From NCBI GenBank assembly GCA_964627625.1, contig CAZVJB010000004.1:3995-67994 (forward strand): a DNA stretch of 64,000 nucleotides, in the 5' to 3' direction. Position numbers and translations under genes: made by a program. Shown one piece after another: positions 36,621 through 46,354 of the stretch (the first letter of the stretch is position 1; each line of letters begins with the position of its first letter). The notes under the pieces are model-generated. The model was given only the letters and a program-made list of their open reading frames with translations. It was not told the DNA's origin and ran no database searches. The stretch is from an uncultured Halobacteriales archaeon. Lineage in GTDB: Archaea; Thermoplasmatota; E2; JACPAO01; JAHFTW01.

Positions 36621-37924
36621 GCTTTCAGAACGCCGTAGCCGATGAGACGCCAACGGCCACCGACGCGGCGGCTGACGGCGATGCGCGAATCATCTTGGAC
36701 TGCGACGGGCAGTTTCAGGACCGCCTCGACCTGGTTGTTGACCGACTTCAGAACCATCCCGACAGTCGTCGCCGTGCCGACGTTGAGCATGAGAGGTTCC
36801 TTGACCTTAATCGGTTCCACGGCAGCCTCGTCTTCGGCGCCAACGACGCGGTCCAGAAGTGTCACGTTCATGACCATCCGATCCACCGTCTTCGGGAGTT
36901 TTCCCGGATAGCCGAGCGCGCGCCCGACAAGGTTGTCCGCCTTGGTGACGCTCGGATCGAGCTCAGTGCCGACGGCGATAAGGCCGCCGGGGCCGGCGCG
37001 TTCAACCTGTTGGTTGCCGCAGAACAGCGTGACGATCTTGCTGCGCAGCGGCTTGTACGTCGCCTTGCCGTCCGGTGTCTCGATGCGCAGGCCAGGCGTC
37101 ACCTCAATTTCGTCGCCGACCTTGATGGTCCCCCGGGCTAGCGAGCCGCCCATGACGCCGCCTTTGAGTTTCTCTGGTCGGGTGCCGGGCTTGTTGATGT
37201 CGAAGCTGCGGGCCACCAGCATCACCGGCTCAGCCTTGGGATCATGTTTGGGCGTTGGGATTGTCCTTTCGATGGCCTCGATGAGGGCACTCAGGTTGAC
37301 ATCGTGGTGCGCCGAAATCGGGATGACCGGGGCGTGCTCAGCGACGGTGCCTTTGACAAACGTCTGAATTTCCCTGTAGTTCTCCATCGCCCGCTTTTCG
37401 TCGACGAGGTCAATCTTGTTTTGCACGATGACGATGTTCTTGGCACCGGCAATCTGCAAGGCCATGAGGTGCTCGCGCGTCTGCGGCTGCGGGCACTTTT
37501 CATTGGCGGCCACGAGGAGGAGGGCGCCGTCCATGAGGGCAGCGCCGGAGAGCATGGTCGCCATGAGTGTTTCATGGCCCGGGGCGTCAACGAAGCTCAC
37601 GCGGCGAATCTTCTGCGGTGCGCCGGCCAAGTGCGCGTCGTCGATCTTCGTCGTATAAAGGTCGTGGCCTTCCTTGTCCTTGCCCTTGAAGAAAGTCGTA
37701 TCCGCGTAACCCAGCTTGATGCTGATGCCGCGCTTGATTTCTTCCGAGTGCTCGTCGGTCCATTTGCCGGAGAGCGCCTTGGTGAGCGTTGTCTTTCCGT
37801 GGTCAACATGTCCGATTAGGCCGATATTCACCTCGGGCTGCTCAAAGCCGGCGACGGCCGCGTCGGAACCTGCCTCTTTGGCCGGTGCCGGCAGAGTCTC
37901 CGTCGTCGCCTTCTTCGTCGCCAC
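36617..37924 (-). CDS. eif2g: Translation initiation factor 2 gamma subunit (aIF2-gamma)
   Basis: GHVDHGKTTL G1, DAPGH, NKIDL and the zinc-knuckle CPQPQTREH; 435 aa. Confidence 0.9.
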   Translation of the reverse strand: MATKKATTETLPAPAKEAGSDAAVAGFEQPEVNIGLIGHVDHGKTTLTKALSGKWTDEHSEEIKRGISIKLGYADTTFFKGKDKEGHDLYTTKIDDAHLAGAPQKIRRVSFVDAPGHETLMATMLSGAALMDGALLLVAANEKCPQPQTREHLMALQIAGAKNIVIVQNKIDLVDEKRAMENYREIQTFVKGTVAEHAPVIPISAHHDVNLSALIEAIERTIPTPKHDPKAEPVMLVARSFDINKPGTRPEKLKGGVMGGSLARGTIKVGDEIEVTPGLRIETPDGKATYKPLRSKIVTLFCGNQQVERAGPGGLIAVGTELDPSVTKADNLVGRALGYPGKLPKTVDRMVMNVTLLDRVVGAEDEAAVEPIKVKEPLMLNVGTATTVGMVLKSVNNQVEAVLKLPVAVQDDSRIAVSRRVGGRWRLIGYGVLKA

Positions 37925-38064
37925 GAGGCGGCCAGGAAAGGCCCGGTTAAAAGCGTACAGCGGTCGGGGCCATTACGGGCTCATCCTGATGATGGCGGGC
38001 GCAAGCAGAGCCGCCGCACAAATCAGCAGGACCACGACGACGAGACAATCGCCGGGCGATTTCT

Positions 38065-40083
38065 TCACCGGCGCCGCAAGGCAACCAGGAGAACCAATAG
38101 CCCAATGAGTGCGATTCCCGCCCCCGCCGACGCGTGTCCAGGCGCAGTGCCGGGAGCGCGGGGCTGGATGTCCCCTTCCCGCTCGATTCCGTATTGTGGC
38201 GCCGGGGATTGGGCAAATGAGAAGCCTGCCATGGCGTCCATCGCCGGTGCAGGCGGGGCGGATGTGGCGGTACCGGCAGTGCTGACTGTTGTTTCGCGCC
38301 GGCCGGATTGAGGTGCCTCGCCGTCGAAGTCCTTCAAGGAGGCTGGATCGGCCGGTTCAAGGTCAGCCAAAATCCAGGACGTGTAGGGCGTCAACTGCCG
38401 GGTCGCCACCGCGAGTTCCGTGATGGTGAGCTGCAGCCCGGCCGTTCCCGTGCGTTCCTGTGAGAGCAAATCTTGCACGACGGCGTGACCGTAAAGCGCT
38501 GCAGCGTCGTCATCGACGCGCAAGGAGGCCGTTTTGAAACGGAATTCTTGCCGCACAGCCCCGTCGGTGCCTTCGCCTTCGAGCGCAAGCACAACCTCCG
38601 GGCCGGAAAGGTCCGCCCGCACCGCGACTTGCGCGCATGAGTCCTCGGCAACAGGCGCCTGCCGGCCTCCGACCACTACGCCGTCTTCCGTCGTCACCAC
38701 GACGTTGGCGACGAGGAGGTGCCCGACCGTGTCGTAGAGCCGCGAAAGGCGCTCGCCGAGTTGCGCATCGCCGGCCGCCATCGGGCTTACGGTACCTCCC
38801 GAATGGAGGGCCAAATCGGCGAGGAAAATGGCGTCTGCATCAAGGCCGATGGGCACCACGAAAATCGGTGCGTGACGAGCGTTGTTGGCGCGGAAATTGT
38901 CAATGATTGTTTGGTGATGGGTCACGCCCGCGCTGGGCAGGCCGTCCGTGACGAAGACAATCTGGGGCATGCGGCCGGAGCCATCAGTCGTTGCAAGCTG
39001 CACCAGGGCCTCCTGCAAGGCCCCGTTGATGTCGGTGCCACCGCGCGCTTCAAGGCCTGCAAGAGTTTTGCGGTCCTGCTCAATCTCGCTTGGCGTGACT
39101 GGCGTCATGCCCGTGACGAGTGGGTCGACGTGACTGTCGAAGACGACGACGTTGTACCAGTCTCCTTCGCGCAACGTCAGAAGCGCACCTCGCAGCGCCT
39201 CGCGGGCTTGCTCCCATTTTGCGCCGCGCATAGAACCCGAGCGGTCGAGAACGAATACGACGTCTCGGGCGAGCACTGGCGCCGACGACAGGCACAGCCG
39301 TGCGATTGCGGGAACATCCGTCGCGCCGGGGCCGGCGGGCAGCGACGAGACGAAAGTGGAGCGCCATGCAGAACCGCTTGGGGTCCAGGCGACGATGAGG
39401 TCTTGCACGGCGGCGGGTCCGGCCTCGTGCCGGCTGCCCGTCGCGCGGATTCCGGCCGTCGCGTCAAACGGCAAGGTGGAGCCGACGCTGCGGAGGTTCG
39501 AGAAGGCGCCCGACTCGCGTACCGTCATGCGCACGTCGAAGCCGCCCCACGCAAGCGGCATCTGGCCAAGGGGCAAGCGGTAGACGAGGTCGCCCGAAGC
39601 GACGGGGACCCATTCGATGTAGGCGGCGCGAAGCACGCCGGAGGAACCGGCTGGAATGGCAACGGAAAGCGTCACGAGTTGCTCACTCGTTTTCTCGATG
39701 AGTGCGGCTGCGCGGTCGGTGGCTTTGGCGGCCTCGTAGGTCGCGCGGGCGGCGACTTTCTCCTGAACCGTGGCCTCGAGCAGTTTGTCGCCGATTGTCA
39801 AGTTGAAAGCCAGGAGGGATGCGCCGGCCGGCAATGGAACATTCAGGATGGCTTCGGCGGTTGCGTTGCCCGGATTCTTGACGTTGAGTTCGAGCTTGGT
39901 GGTGGCAAGCCCATCCACCGCAGAAATTTCTGCCACGAAGTGGTCGACGGCAAGGGTTCCCTGCAGGAAGGGAACATTGGGGATGGGGACAATCGGGATG
40001 CAATCCTCGGGCGGACAGGGCGTATGGTTTGCCGCCACGGTCTGGACGGTAAGAAGCAGGACCAGCAGGACGACCAAGCGCAT
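38065..40083 (-). CDS. Secreted VIT + von Willebrand factor A domain protein with C-terminal TM/Arg anchor
   Basis: Signal peptide MRLVVLLVLLLTVQTVAA; VIT-like region; VWA MIDAS motif VFVLDRSGSM; C-terminus GAGIALIGLLVLLVALRRR. Confidence 0.75.
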   Translation of the reverse strand: MRLVVLLVLLLTVQTVAANHTPCPPEDCIPIVPIPNVPFLQGTLAVDHFVAEISAVDGLATTKLELNVKNPGNATAEAILNVPLPAGASLLAFNLTIGDKLLEATVQEKVAARATYEAAKATDRAAALIEKTSEQLVTLSVAIPAGSSGVLRAAYIEWVPVASGDLVYRLPLGQMPLAWGGFDVRMTVRESGAFSNLRSVGSTLPFDATAGIRATGSRHEAGPAAVQDLIVAWTPSGSAWRSTFVSSLPAGPGATDVPAIARLCLSSAPVLARDVVFVLDRSGSMRGAKWEQAREALRGALLTLREGDWYNVVVFDSHVDPLVTGMTPVTPSEIEQDRKTLAGLEARGGTDINGALQEALVQLATTDGSGRMPQIVFVTDGLPSAGVTHHQTIIDNFRANNARHAPIFVVPIGLDADAIFLADLALHSGGTVSPMAAGDAQLGERLSRLYDTVGHLLVANVVVTTEDGVVVGGRQAPVAEDSCAQVAVRADLSGPEVVLALEGEGTDGAVRQEFRFKTASLRVDDDAAALYGHAVVQDLLSQERTGTAGLQLTITELAVATRQLTPYTSWILADLEPADPASLKDFDGEAPQSGRRETTVSTAGTATSAPPAPAMDAMAGFSFAQSPAPQYGIEREGDIQPRAPGTAPGHASAGAGIALIGLLVLLVALRRR

Positions 40084-40309
40084 AGCCCAGGCAAGCGGTC
40101 GCAGGGTGATGTAAGCGCGTAGATGGTTGGGCGGGAACCGAACACAGGCTCAGGGGTCCTAGGTCGCGTCTCCAAGTCGCAACCGGCGCGTACAACAAGC
40201 GGATGCAACGGGACCGACGCGAAAGGCGCAACAAGGGCTCCTATCGACGGATGCTGGGCGGGTGGAAGCCCCCCGATGGCGGGCCGTCCAAGCTTCTCGA
40301 CCGGCGTCT

Positions 40310-40519
40310 CTAGCCGGACGCTGGAGCGGCCGCATCAGACTCGCTCATGCCGACCGCATAGTCGGCGGCGTCCAGGAGCGCCCAGCGCGGCACTTCCCAT
40401 GCGCGCGACGAGTAGCGCCCCATGACTTGCCGAAGGCGCAGTTCCTCGGCCGCGGTGATTTCACGGCGAAGCGATTCTTCGTAGATGGTGCGAATTTGTT
40501 CAAGGTCGTCGTATTCCAT
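40310..40519 (-). CDS. Hypothetical small protein
   Basis: 69-aa ORF MEYDDLEQIRTIYEE... with clean start; no motif. Confidence 0.25.
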   Translation of the reverse strand: MEYDDLEQIRTIYEESLRREITAAEELRLRQVMGRYSSRAWEVPRWALLDAADYAVGMSESDAAAPASG

Positions 40520-40819
40520 GACTCACCGCCTCCTAGGGATGCCGCGGAAACCTCCTTTGATTTCCAGGATGGAGATGCGGACTTCATGGTCATGAAGTTT
40601 GGCCTGCACGCCCTCGTGTCGGGACTCGCCCCTGGCTTTCTTGCCCAGCGTGAATTGCACAAGCCAGAGTCCCGCGGCCCCGCCCGCGGCGCCGACCAAG
40701 GACGCGAGGATTTCATTGCTCACGCGACGGCCATGGGACACCTGGAGATATGGGCTGGGCACAGATGGATAAATTCGGACACTGATTGGCTTGGCGATTG
40801 GCTCGGGGGGAAGTCCAGC

Positions 40820-42136
40820 CTATCGGCGGCGGCTTTCTGGCACGGCAGCCGAGCCGCGCCGGCGTCGCGCACGGGAGAGCCCCGCCGCCAGCACGCCCAA
40901 GACAAGAAGCGCCAAGGAAGCATCTGGCGTGGTGGCTGTCGCTGTGGGGCTGGAAGACGAGGACAAGGTCGGCTCGGACGAGGAGGAGCTCGGCACGTCC
41001 ACCACCTCAATAGGCAAACTGGGGAACGAGAATGCAACCGAGTTATTCAGAGCCGCATCAAGGAGAATGAGTCGTGACGGGAGGGCGGAAACGGGCCCAG
41101 CGCCGAAGTCTTGATGCCGGACAGTCAAGACGGCAACCCTGCCGTCGGGCCCAACTTCGAGGCGCCCAACGCGCTCTCCCGCCTCGAGGGGCAAGTCGTA
41201 TCGTCCTTCCCGGGTGTAGGCCCACGCCGCAGTCATATTGTCAGCCGCAACTCCGTACCCCGTCCACTTCAGTCGTCCATCGGAATCGTCATGGCCTCCC
41301 CAGGTCCAGTTCCAATGTCCGCGGTCGTAGAGTTTCGCCGACGGAATGGACGTCCCGCGTTGCAAAACTGCGACGCGGAAGCTTGTGCCATCCCCAAGAA
41401 TCATGGTCGTTCCTGGCTCTTCCACCTGTAGGCGCATGCTCCCCACATCAGGCCATTCAAGTCCGGAGGGCCAAGGGATGGCTTCGAGATTTCCGGTCTC
41501 TGGTTGAAATCGGAAAACGATGGCGTGTGGCTCGGCCAGGAAGAAAAGGCTCCCCCTCGTTTCCCGCAACATCGTATAACTGGACGGAAAACCATCTGGA
41601 AGCGGAGAGTCACGTGTCACAGGGGGGTCGGACCAGGTGACTACCGACACCGTCCGCATCCCAAAGTCTACAACGGCCGCATGGCCAACCCACGCCCACG
41701 CCATGCCGTTAAATTCAGGCGGGTACGGGATTTGGTCGCGGTACACGGTTCCCCAAGTCCGAAGAGTCTGCGCGGCACCGTCAACCGAATGCTGCAAAAT
41801 CCAGCCCGTAAGCCGAATGTCGCCGCCGCAGTCTCGCATCGGGGGGACATAGGACCCTTGAATCCGCGAACGATAGTCCGGGCTCGCTAGATTGTAGTAA
41901 ACTTGAAGTGGCTTCGGCGGTATGGAAACGACGGGTGTGAGGTTTCCGGTTTCAAGTGATACCCGGTAGGCCTGTGTCCCAAGGTCCGTGTAGAGGAAGT
42001 TCGGATCCCGCCAGGAAAACGTCTGGTAGCTCTCAATTACAGATGCGTTGTCTGGTAGGCAGGCATTCACGAATGGGGCAGGAATGAGCAGAACCGCGAG
42101 AGCCAAACCCAACCAAGCTACGCGGCCAATCGCCAT
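40820..42136 (-). CDS. Secreted surface protein, Ser/Thr-rich stalk and C-terminal TM/Arg anchor; directly downstream of rps6e
   Basis: Signal peptide MAIGRVAWLGLALAVLLIPAPF; SSSSEPTLSSSSSPTATATTPDAS linker; LALLVLGVLAAGLSRARRRR anchor. Confidence 0.55.
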   Translation of the reverse strand: MAIGRVAWLGLALAVLLIPAPFVNACLPDNASVIESYQTFSWRDPNFLYTDLGTQAYRVSLETGNLTPVVSIPPKPLQVYYNLASPDYRSRIQGSYVPPMRDCGGDIRLTGWILQHSVDGAAQTLRTWGTVYRDQIPYPPEFNGMAWAWVGHAAVVDFGMRTVSVVTWSDPPVTRDSPLPDGFPSSYTMLRETRGSLFFLAEPHAIVFRFQPETGNLEAIPWPSGLEWPDVGSMRLQVEEPGTTMILGDGTSFRVAVLQRGTSIPSAKLYDRGHWNWTWGGHDDSDGRLKWTGYGVAADNMTAAWAYTREGRYDLPLEAGERVGRLEVGPDGRVAVLTVRHQDFGAGPVSALPSRLILLDAALNNSVAFSFPSLPIEVVDVPSSSSSEPTLSSSSSPTATATTPDASLALLVLGVLAAGLSRARRRRGSAAVPESRRR

Positions 42137-42138
42137 CT

Positions 42139-42549
42139 CTACGCTTTCTTCTGCTCGGCAAGCTGCGCGAAGTGCTCCCCAACCGGCTTGGAGCCGGCCT
42201 TGGCGACTTTCATGTTGACTTGGTTGATTTCCGCGCTGATGCGGTTGCCGCGCACGGATTGGCGCTTGCGCTTGCCCGTGTAATCCGTCGGGTGGAAGCC
42301 GACGCCCTCGGTCAAGAGGAGCCGGCGGCGGTTGGAGCCCTCGAAGTCGCCGCGCATGGGGAAGCCGGCTTTGTCGGAGCCGCCGGTGATTTGGAGTTTG
42401 TAGCCGGGCAGGTTAGCGTTGATTCCGTCAATCTGGTCCCCGATTTTCTTGCCGATAAGGTTCTGCGCGTGGTGGCCGGTCACTTCGAAGTTGAAGCTCT
42501 TGCCAGTCGCGGGGTCGTTGATCACGATCTTGAAGCTTAGGGATGCCAT
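42139..42549 (-). CDS. rps6e: 30S ribosomal protein S6e
   Basis: MASLSFKIVINDPATGKSFNFEV...GFPMRGD... S6e family, 136 aa. Confidence 0.9.
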   Translation of the reverse strand: MASLSFKIVINDPATGKSFNFEVTGHHAQNLIGKKIGDQIDGINANLPGYKLQITGGSDKAGFPMRGDFEGSNRRRLLLTEGVGFHPTDYTGKRKRQSVRGNRISAEINQVNMKVAKAGSKPVGEHFAQLAEQKKA

Positions 42550-42660
42550 GGGGTTTCAGTCCTGCTCCCGGTATTCCGTCCGTCGCCGGACAGTTCACCA
42601 TGTGGGGCTTCGGGAGCAAGGTTCGCGACAAAGCCCTCGTATAAAACGGGTTCGCAGGCC

Positions 42661-43419
42661 CTAGGCGTTGCGCCGGCGGGTCAGGGCGACCAGTCCGAGG
42701 ACTCCAAGAAGCAGCCCGGGAGCCAGAACGGGGGCCTTGGCGACGCCGCCGACGGGTGCCTTGGAGAAGACAAACGTCTCATCGCGGTCGCCGCCGAGTA
42801 CATCCGTGAACGTCACCTGGGATTTGTCAGCCGAAATCTTGGCATCGAGCGGCAGGCCGGTTGTTGCTGTGATGATGAAGCCGGGCGGCGCATGCACGGT
42901 GACGGGCACGGGGCTGGAGGGCGGGCTGGAGTCGGTGCTTGGCTTGTTGTGCAGCGTGTGCGTGTCGGCTGCGGCTAGAACGTACGTCAGCGTCCGGGTA
43001 GATCGCATTTCAATTGGAACGCTGGCCGTTACGGCGCCCACCAAGCCGGAGACCACCTGGCTCTTCGTCGTGGAGGTCTTGGCGGCCTTGTCGTCCATGA
43101 AGGGGTCATCCGAGGTGTCGTCATAAGCCGTGGAATCGTCCAACTGCTTGTTTATGTCGTCGGCCTCTTGTTGACTTACCACGCCGTTTTGGTTGGAATC
43201 GGCCTGTTCGCGCATGCCCTGCGCCTCGTTGCCCGAAAACTCAACGTTGATGGTCATCACCATGCGGTCGGGCGCCGTGAGATTGACATCGAGGGATTCA
43301 GGGGTAACCGCCGCCGTTGCCGTCGGGACGGCGGCCATGGCGAGCATGACGAGAACCGCGGCAAGATGGAGTTTTACCATGCATCGGCAAGACCGGCGGA
43401 GACTCATCAGCTTTTCCAC
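42661..43419 (-). CDS. Secreted surface protein with C-terminal TM/Arg anchor
   Basis: Signal peptide MVKLHLAAVLVMLAMAAVPTATA; C-terminus APGLLLGVLGLVALTRRRNA. Confidence 0.55.
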   Translation of the reverse strand: MEKLMSLRRSCRCMVKLHLAAVLVMLAMAAVPTATAAVTPESLDVNLTAPDRMVMTINVEFSGNEAQGMREQADSNQNGVVSQQEADDINKQLDDSTAYDDTSDDPFMDDKAAKTSTTKSQVVSGLVGAVTASVPIEMRSTRTLTYVLAAADTHTLHNKPSTDSSPPSSPVPVTVHAPPGFIITATTGLPLDAKISADKSQVTFTDVLGGDRDETFVFSKAPVGGVAKAPVLAPGLLLGVLGLVALTRRRNA

Positions 43420-43506
43420 CCGGCTGGCGCGCGGCCTTCACGTTGCCAGCAAGACCGCCTGCATTCGTTCAGGCGGTTTCAAACCGACCCTCCGCCTGCC
43501 AGTCGC

Positions 43507-43701
43507 ATGGCCGAAACCACCCCCAAGAAATTCTACCGTAGCAAATCGGACCGGAAAATCGCTGGCGTGTGTGGCGGTGTTGCCAACTACTTCGGCATGG
43601 ACCCGACACTTGTCCGGATTCTCTGGATTGTTAGCATTTTCTTGGGCGGCCTCGGCTTGATTGCTTACGTCGTTTTCTGGCTTGTGGCGCCCGAACAGTG
43701 A
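43507..43701 (+). CDS. PspC-domain small membrane protein
   Basis: FYRSKSDRKIAGVCGGVANYFGMDPTLVRILWIV matches the PspC domain; start at internal ATG 43507. Confidence 0.65.
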   Translation: MAETTPKKFYRSKSDRKIAGVCGGVANYFGMDPTLVRILWIVSIFLGGLGLIAYVVFWLVAPEQ

Positions 43702-43724
43702 GCCGCGGGCAACAGAGGGCGGGG

Positions 43725-44597
43725 CTAGGTTTCCACCGGAGGCCTGCCGGCGCCGTGTGGCCGCCGTAGTTTCCCGATGACCCAGGCGCCCATGGGCAGC
43801 AGGTAGGCAAGGTAGGCTCCGACTTCGAGCCACGTGGGCGACGGCCGGTACACAATCAAGCCGTGCAGGAATGCCCCGACGGCGTCGCCGAGGGTGTTGA
43901 TGGTGCTGTCAGCGCCGCCTTTGTGCGGGAGCCACGCCGAAAAGTCGTAGGCCTTGTCGGTGGGGTCGGTGAATACTTTGGCGTCGCCAAGTTCGTGCAC
44001 ACCGTAGGCGAACAGGCCGGCCGCGATGACAACGAGAACAAGCCCGGTTGCGGCCATGAATTTCTCGATGGAGAGTTTGAGGAATCCGGCAAAGACCAGA
44101 AACGCGATGACGGCGCTTACAAGGATGCCCGCGAGGAGGGCAAAGAGCGTGACGCCGACGCCGTCGGTGGGAAATTTGCCCGCGGTGAAGACCACGGTCT
44201 CGATGCCCTCGCGCAATACAGCCAGGAAGGCAATGCCCGCCAACGCCCACGACCGGCCGTCTTGCAGGGCCTGCTTCGTCTTCGTGTGTAGGACGCCCAT
44301 CATGCCCTGCGTGTGTCGGTACATCCACACAATCATGTAGGTAAGGACTGCAACGGCCAGGAGGGAAGCAAAGCCTTCGAAGAGGGCGTCGTTGCTCGCG
44401 TAGAGTTCCTTGGCCACGCCCTGGGCGACGATTCCCAGCAGGATGGACAGGACAAAGGCGGCAAGGGCACCCCACAGCAGCGGGCGACGAGCTTCAGGCG
44501 AGCCTGTCTTGACCGCAATTCCCAACAGGATTCCCAGGATAAGGAAGGCTTCCAGGGATTCACGAACGGCGACGAGGGCGGTGTCGACAAAAGCCAT
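43725..44597 (-). CDS. FTR1/EfeU family high-affinity iron permease
   Basis: REGIETVVF (RExxE iron-binding motif), 7 TM. Confidence 0.8.
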   Translation of the reverse strand: MAFVDTALVAVRESLEAFLILGILLGIAVKTGSPEARRPLLWGALAAFVLSILLGIVAQGVAKELYASNDALFEGFASLLAVAVLTYMIVWMYRHTQGMMGVLHTKTKQALQDGRSWALAGIAFLAVLREGIETVVFTAGKFPTDGVGVTLFALLAGILVSAVIAFLVFAGFLKLSIEKFMAATGLVLVVIAAGLFAYGVHELGDAKVFTDPTDKAYDFSAWLPHKGGADSTINTLGDAVGAFLHGLIVYRPSPTWLEVGAYLAYLLPMGAWVIGKLRRPHGAGRPPVET

Positions 44598-44646
44598 GAT
44601 TAGGCGCTCCTAACATTTGGCCGGACGGAGGACGGGTATTTGGAAT

Positions 44647-45807
44647 TTAGGGACGCCGAAAATCGACCGTCTTGGCGTTCGACGCTCCAGTTCGACCACG
44701 CCAACCGACCCCAAGCAGGAGCAGGACAGCAACCCAAGTCATGCCCGAGGGCAACGGGATAAAGAGGCTCATGGGCTGCAACGCTGACTCGGCCACAACC
44801 CTGCCCTCAGGCCCGATGTGCAGGAACCGCGTTGCATCGTGCGGGCGGTCATCGTTGACGAGCAGGAGCCAGAAGCCGCCATCCGGCGTCGCGCCGCTCC
44901 TCCATTCCGTCTCGCGCCCGTCGAAGTCAAGGGTGCGAACCGCAATGCCCTGCGCGAAGTACGCGATGCCGGTGTAGCCCAGGGCCAGAATGCCATGGCC
45001 CGTCCACGTTGCGCGAACCAATCCAGGATACGAAACCGAATCTGTCCACGCGGGTATTCCGGTGGTGCTAATCCGGCCAACCCAGCCCCCGCCCACAACG
45101 AGCGCCGTTGTCGAGTCAAGTGGCGTGATGGATTGCGCATGGTCGACGACGCCGTCGGGCGTTCGCGCAACCTGGGGCAAGGGTAGGGCCGACGATAAGC
45201 CGGTGGAAAGGTCCAGGACAAGCAAGCTCGCGTCAAAATTGGCCATTAGGGTCGTGGGGCCGGCAAGCCAGCGGGTTCCTGCGCGTTTTAGGGCGGCGGC
45301 AGCAGCCTCATCAAAAGCGACATGCTGGATGGAACCGCTCCCCGACCAGTCGAACCAATCGACGCCGCCCGATTCCTCGTCCACGAAGCCAAGGCGCCCG
45401 TCGGATTCGGTGTTGACGATGGCCTTCCGTGGCTGCGAAGCATTTCCCCAACTGTGGACGAAGGCATCGGCCCCCTCCTCCCGGATTTCGAAACCGTATG
45501 TGAAAGCCCCGTCGCCGCACAGGCAGCAGGAATAGCTCTGCAACTCCTTGAGGACGAACCGGCCGTATGGATTCACCAACGACTGCGCCTCGGGCGAGAC
45601 CACCACCTTGACGTCTTCTGGGTAGGCTCCGATGATGTGCCACGACCCCGTGTTCACATCAATCTCGATTAGGAGCGACGCCAGGTTCGTTTCGAGCACC
45701 TCGCCCTGAAGCCTGGCGAACGACAGGTCATTTGGGACGTCGGGCTCTATGGCCGGGGAACATCCCTGGACGGACGGGGCCAAAAGCACGGCCAAGATTG
45801 CCGCCAT
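44647..45807 (-). CDS. Lipoprotein adjacent to FTR1 (candidate periplasmic partner), C-terminal TM
   Basis: Start at MAAILAVLLAPSVQGC (lipobox); C-terminal TM; upstream part of track ORF rejected. Confidence 0.45.
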   Translation of the reverse strand: MAAILAVLLAPSVQGCSPAIEPDVPNDLSFARLQGEVLETNLASLLIEIDVNTGSWHIIGAYPEDVKVVVSPEAQSLVNPYGRFVLKELQSYSCCLCGDGAFTYGFEIREEGADAFVHSWGNASQPRKAIVNTESDGRLGFVDEESGGVDWFDWSGSGSIQHVAFDEAAAAALKRAGTRWLAGPTTLMANFDASLLVLDLSTGLSSALPLPQVARTPDGVVDHAQSITPLDSTTALVVGGGWVGRISTTGIPAWTDSVSYPGLVRATWTGHGILALGYTGIAYFAQGIAVRTLDFDGRETEWRSGATPDGGFWLLLVNDDRPHDATRFLHIGPEGRVVAESALQPMSLFIPLPSGMTWVAVLLLLGVGWRGRTGASNAKTVDFRRP

Positions 45808-45880
45808 CCACCAGCGGGACACCTGTTGCGATGCCCGCCAGCGGGCATAATGGTTTGCAAAACGTTGGGCCGGCGTGCGC

Positions 45881-46312
45881 CTATTGGACTCCAATTTGGT
45901 CCTTGACCTTGCGCGTCGTGTCAAAGGCGTGCCCCAACCTCTGCCGCAAATGCTCGGCCATCCACGCCTCAAGTTGCGGCGGAATCGTGTGCTCCATGTC
46001 ACACGCGGCATCATGGGCTTGCCGGTGCTCCATGCCGCATATTTCCTGCAAGAACGCCTGCATGACGCGATGCCGGGCCAGAATACCTCGTCCGACAACC
46101 CGGCCGGCCTCCGTCAGCGTGACCCCCTTGTACGGTTCGTACACAACGAAGCGTGCCTTCTCCATTTTCTGGATCATGTCCGTGACCGACGGCGGCGCGA
46201 CGCCGAGATGCAGCGCGATTTCTCCCGTGCGTGCCACCTTGCCCTCTTCCTCCAAGCGGTAGATGGTCTCAAGGTACTCCTGCATTTGCTCGGATGGTCC
46301 CTCTTTGTCCAC
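45881..46312 (-). CDS. DtxR/IdeR/MntR family metal-dependent transcriptional repressor
   Basis: EYLETIYRLEEEGKVARTGEIALHLGVAPPSVTDMIQKME wHTH plus metal-binding His/Cys/Glu region. Confidence 0.8.
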   Translation of the reverse strand: MDKEGPSEQMQEYLETIYRLEEEGKVARTGEIALHLGVAPPSVTDMIQKMEKARFVVYEPYKGVTLTEAGRVVGRGILARHRVMQAFLQEICGMEHRQAHDAACDMEHTIPPQLEAWMAEHLRQRLGHAFDTTRKVKDQIGVQ

Positions 46313-46354
46313 GCCGCAGCCAAGGAGGGCCGCCTAACTAAATCTTAGGGTCAC

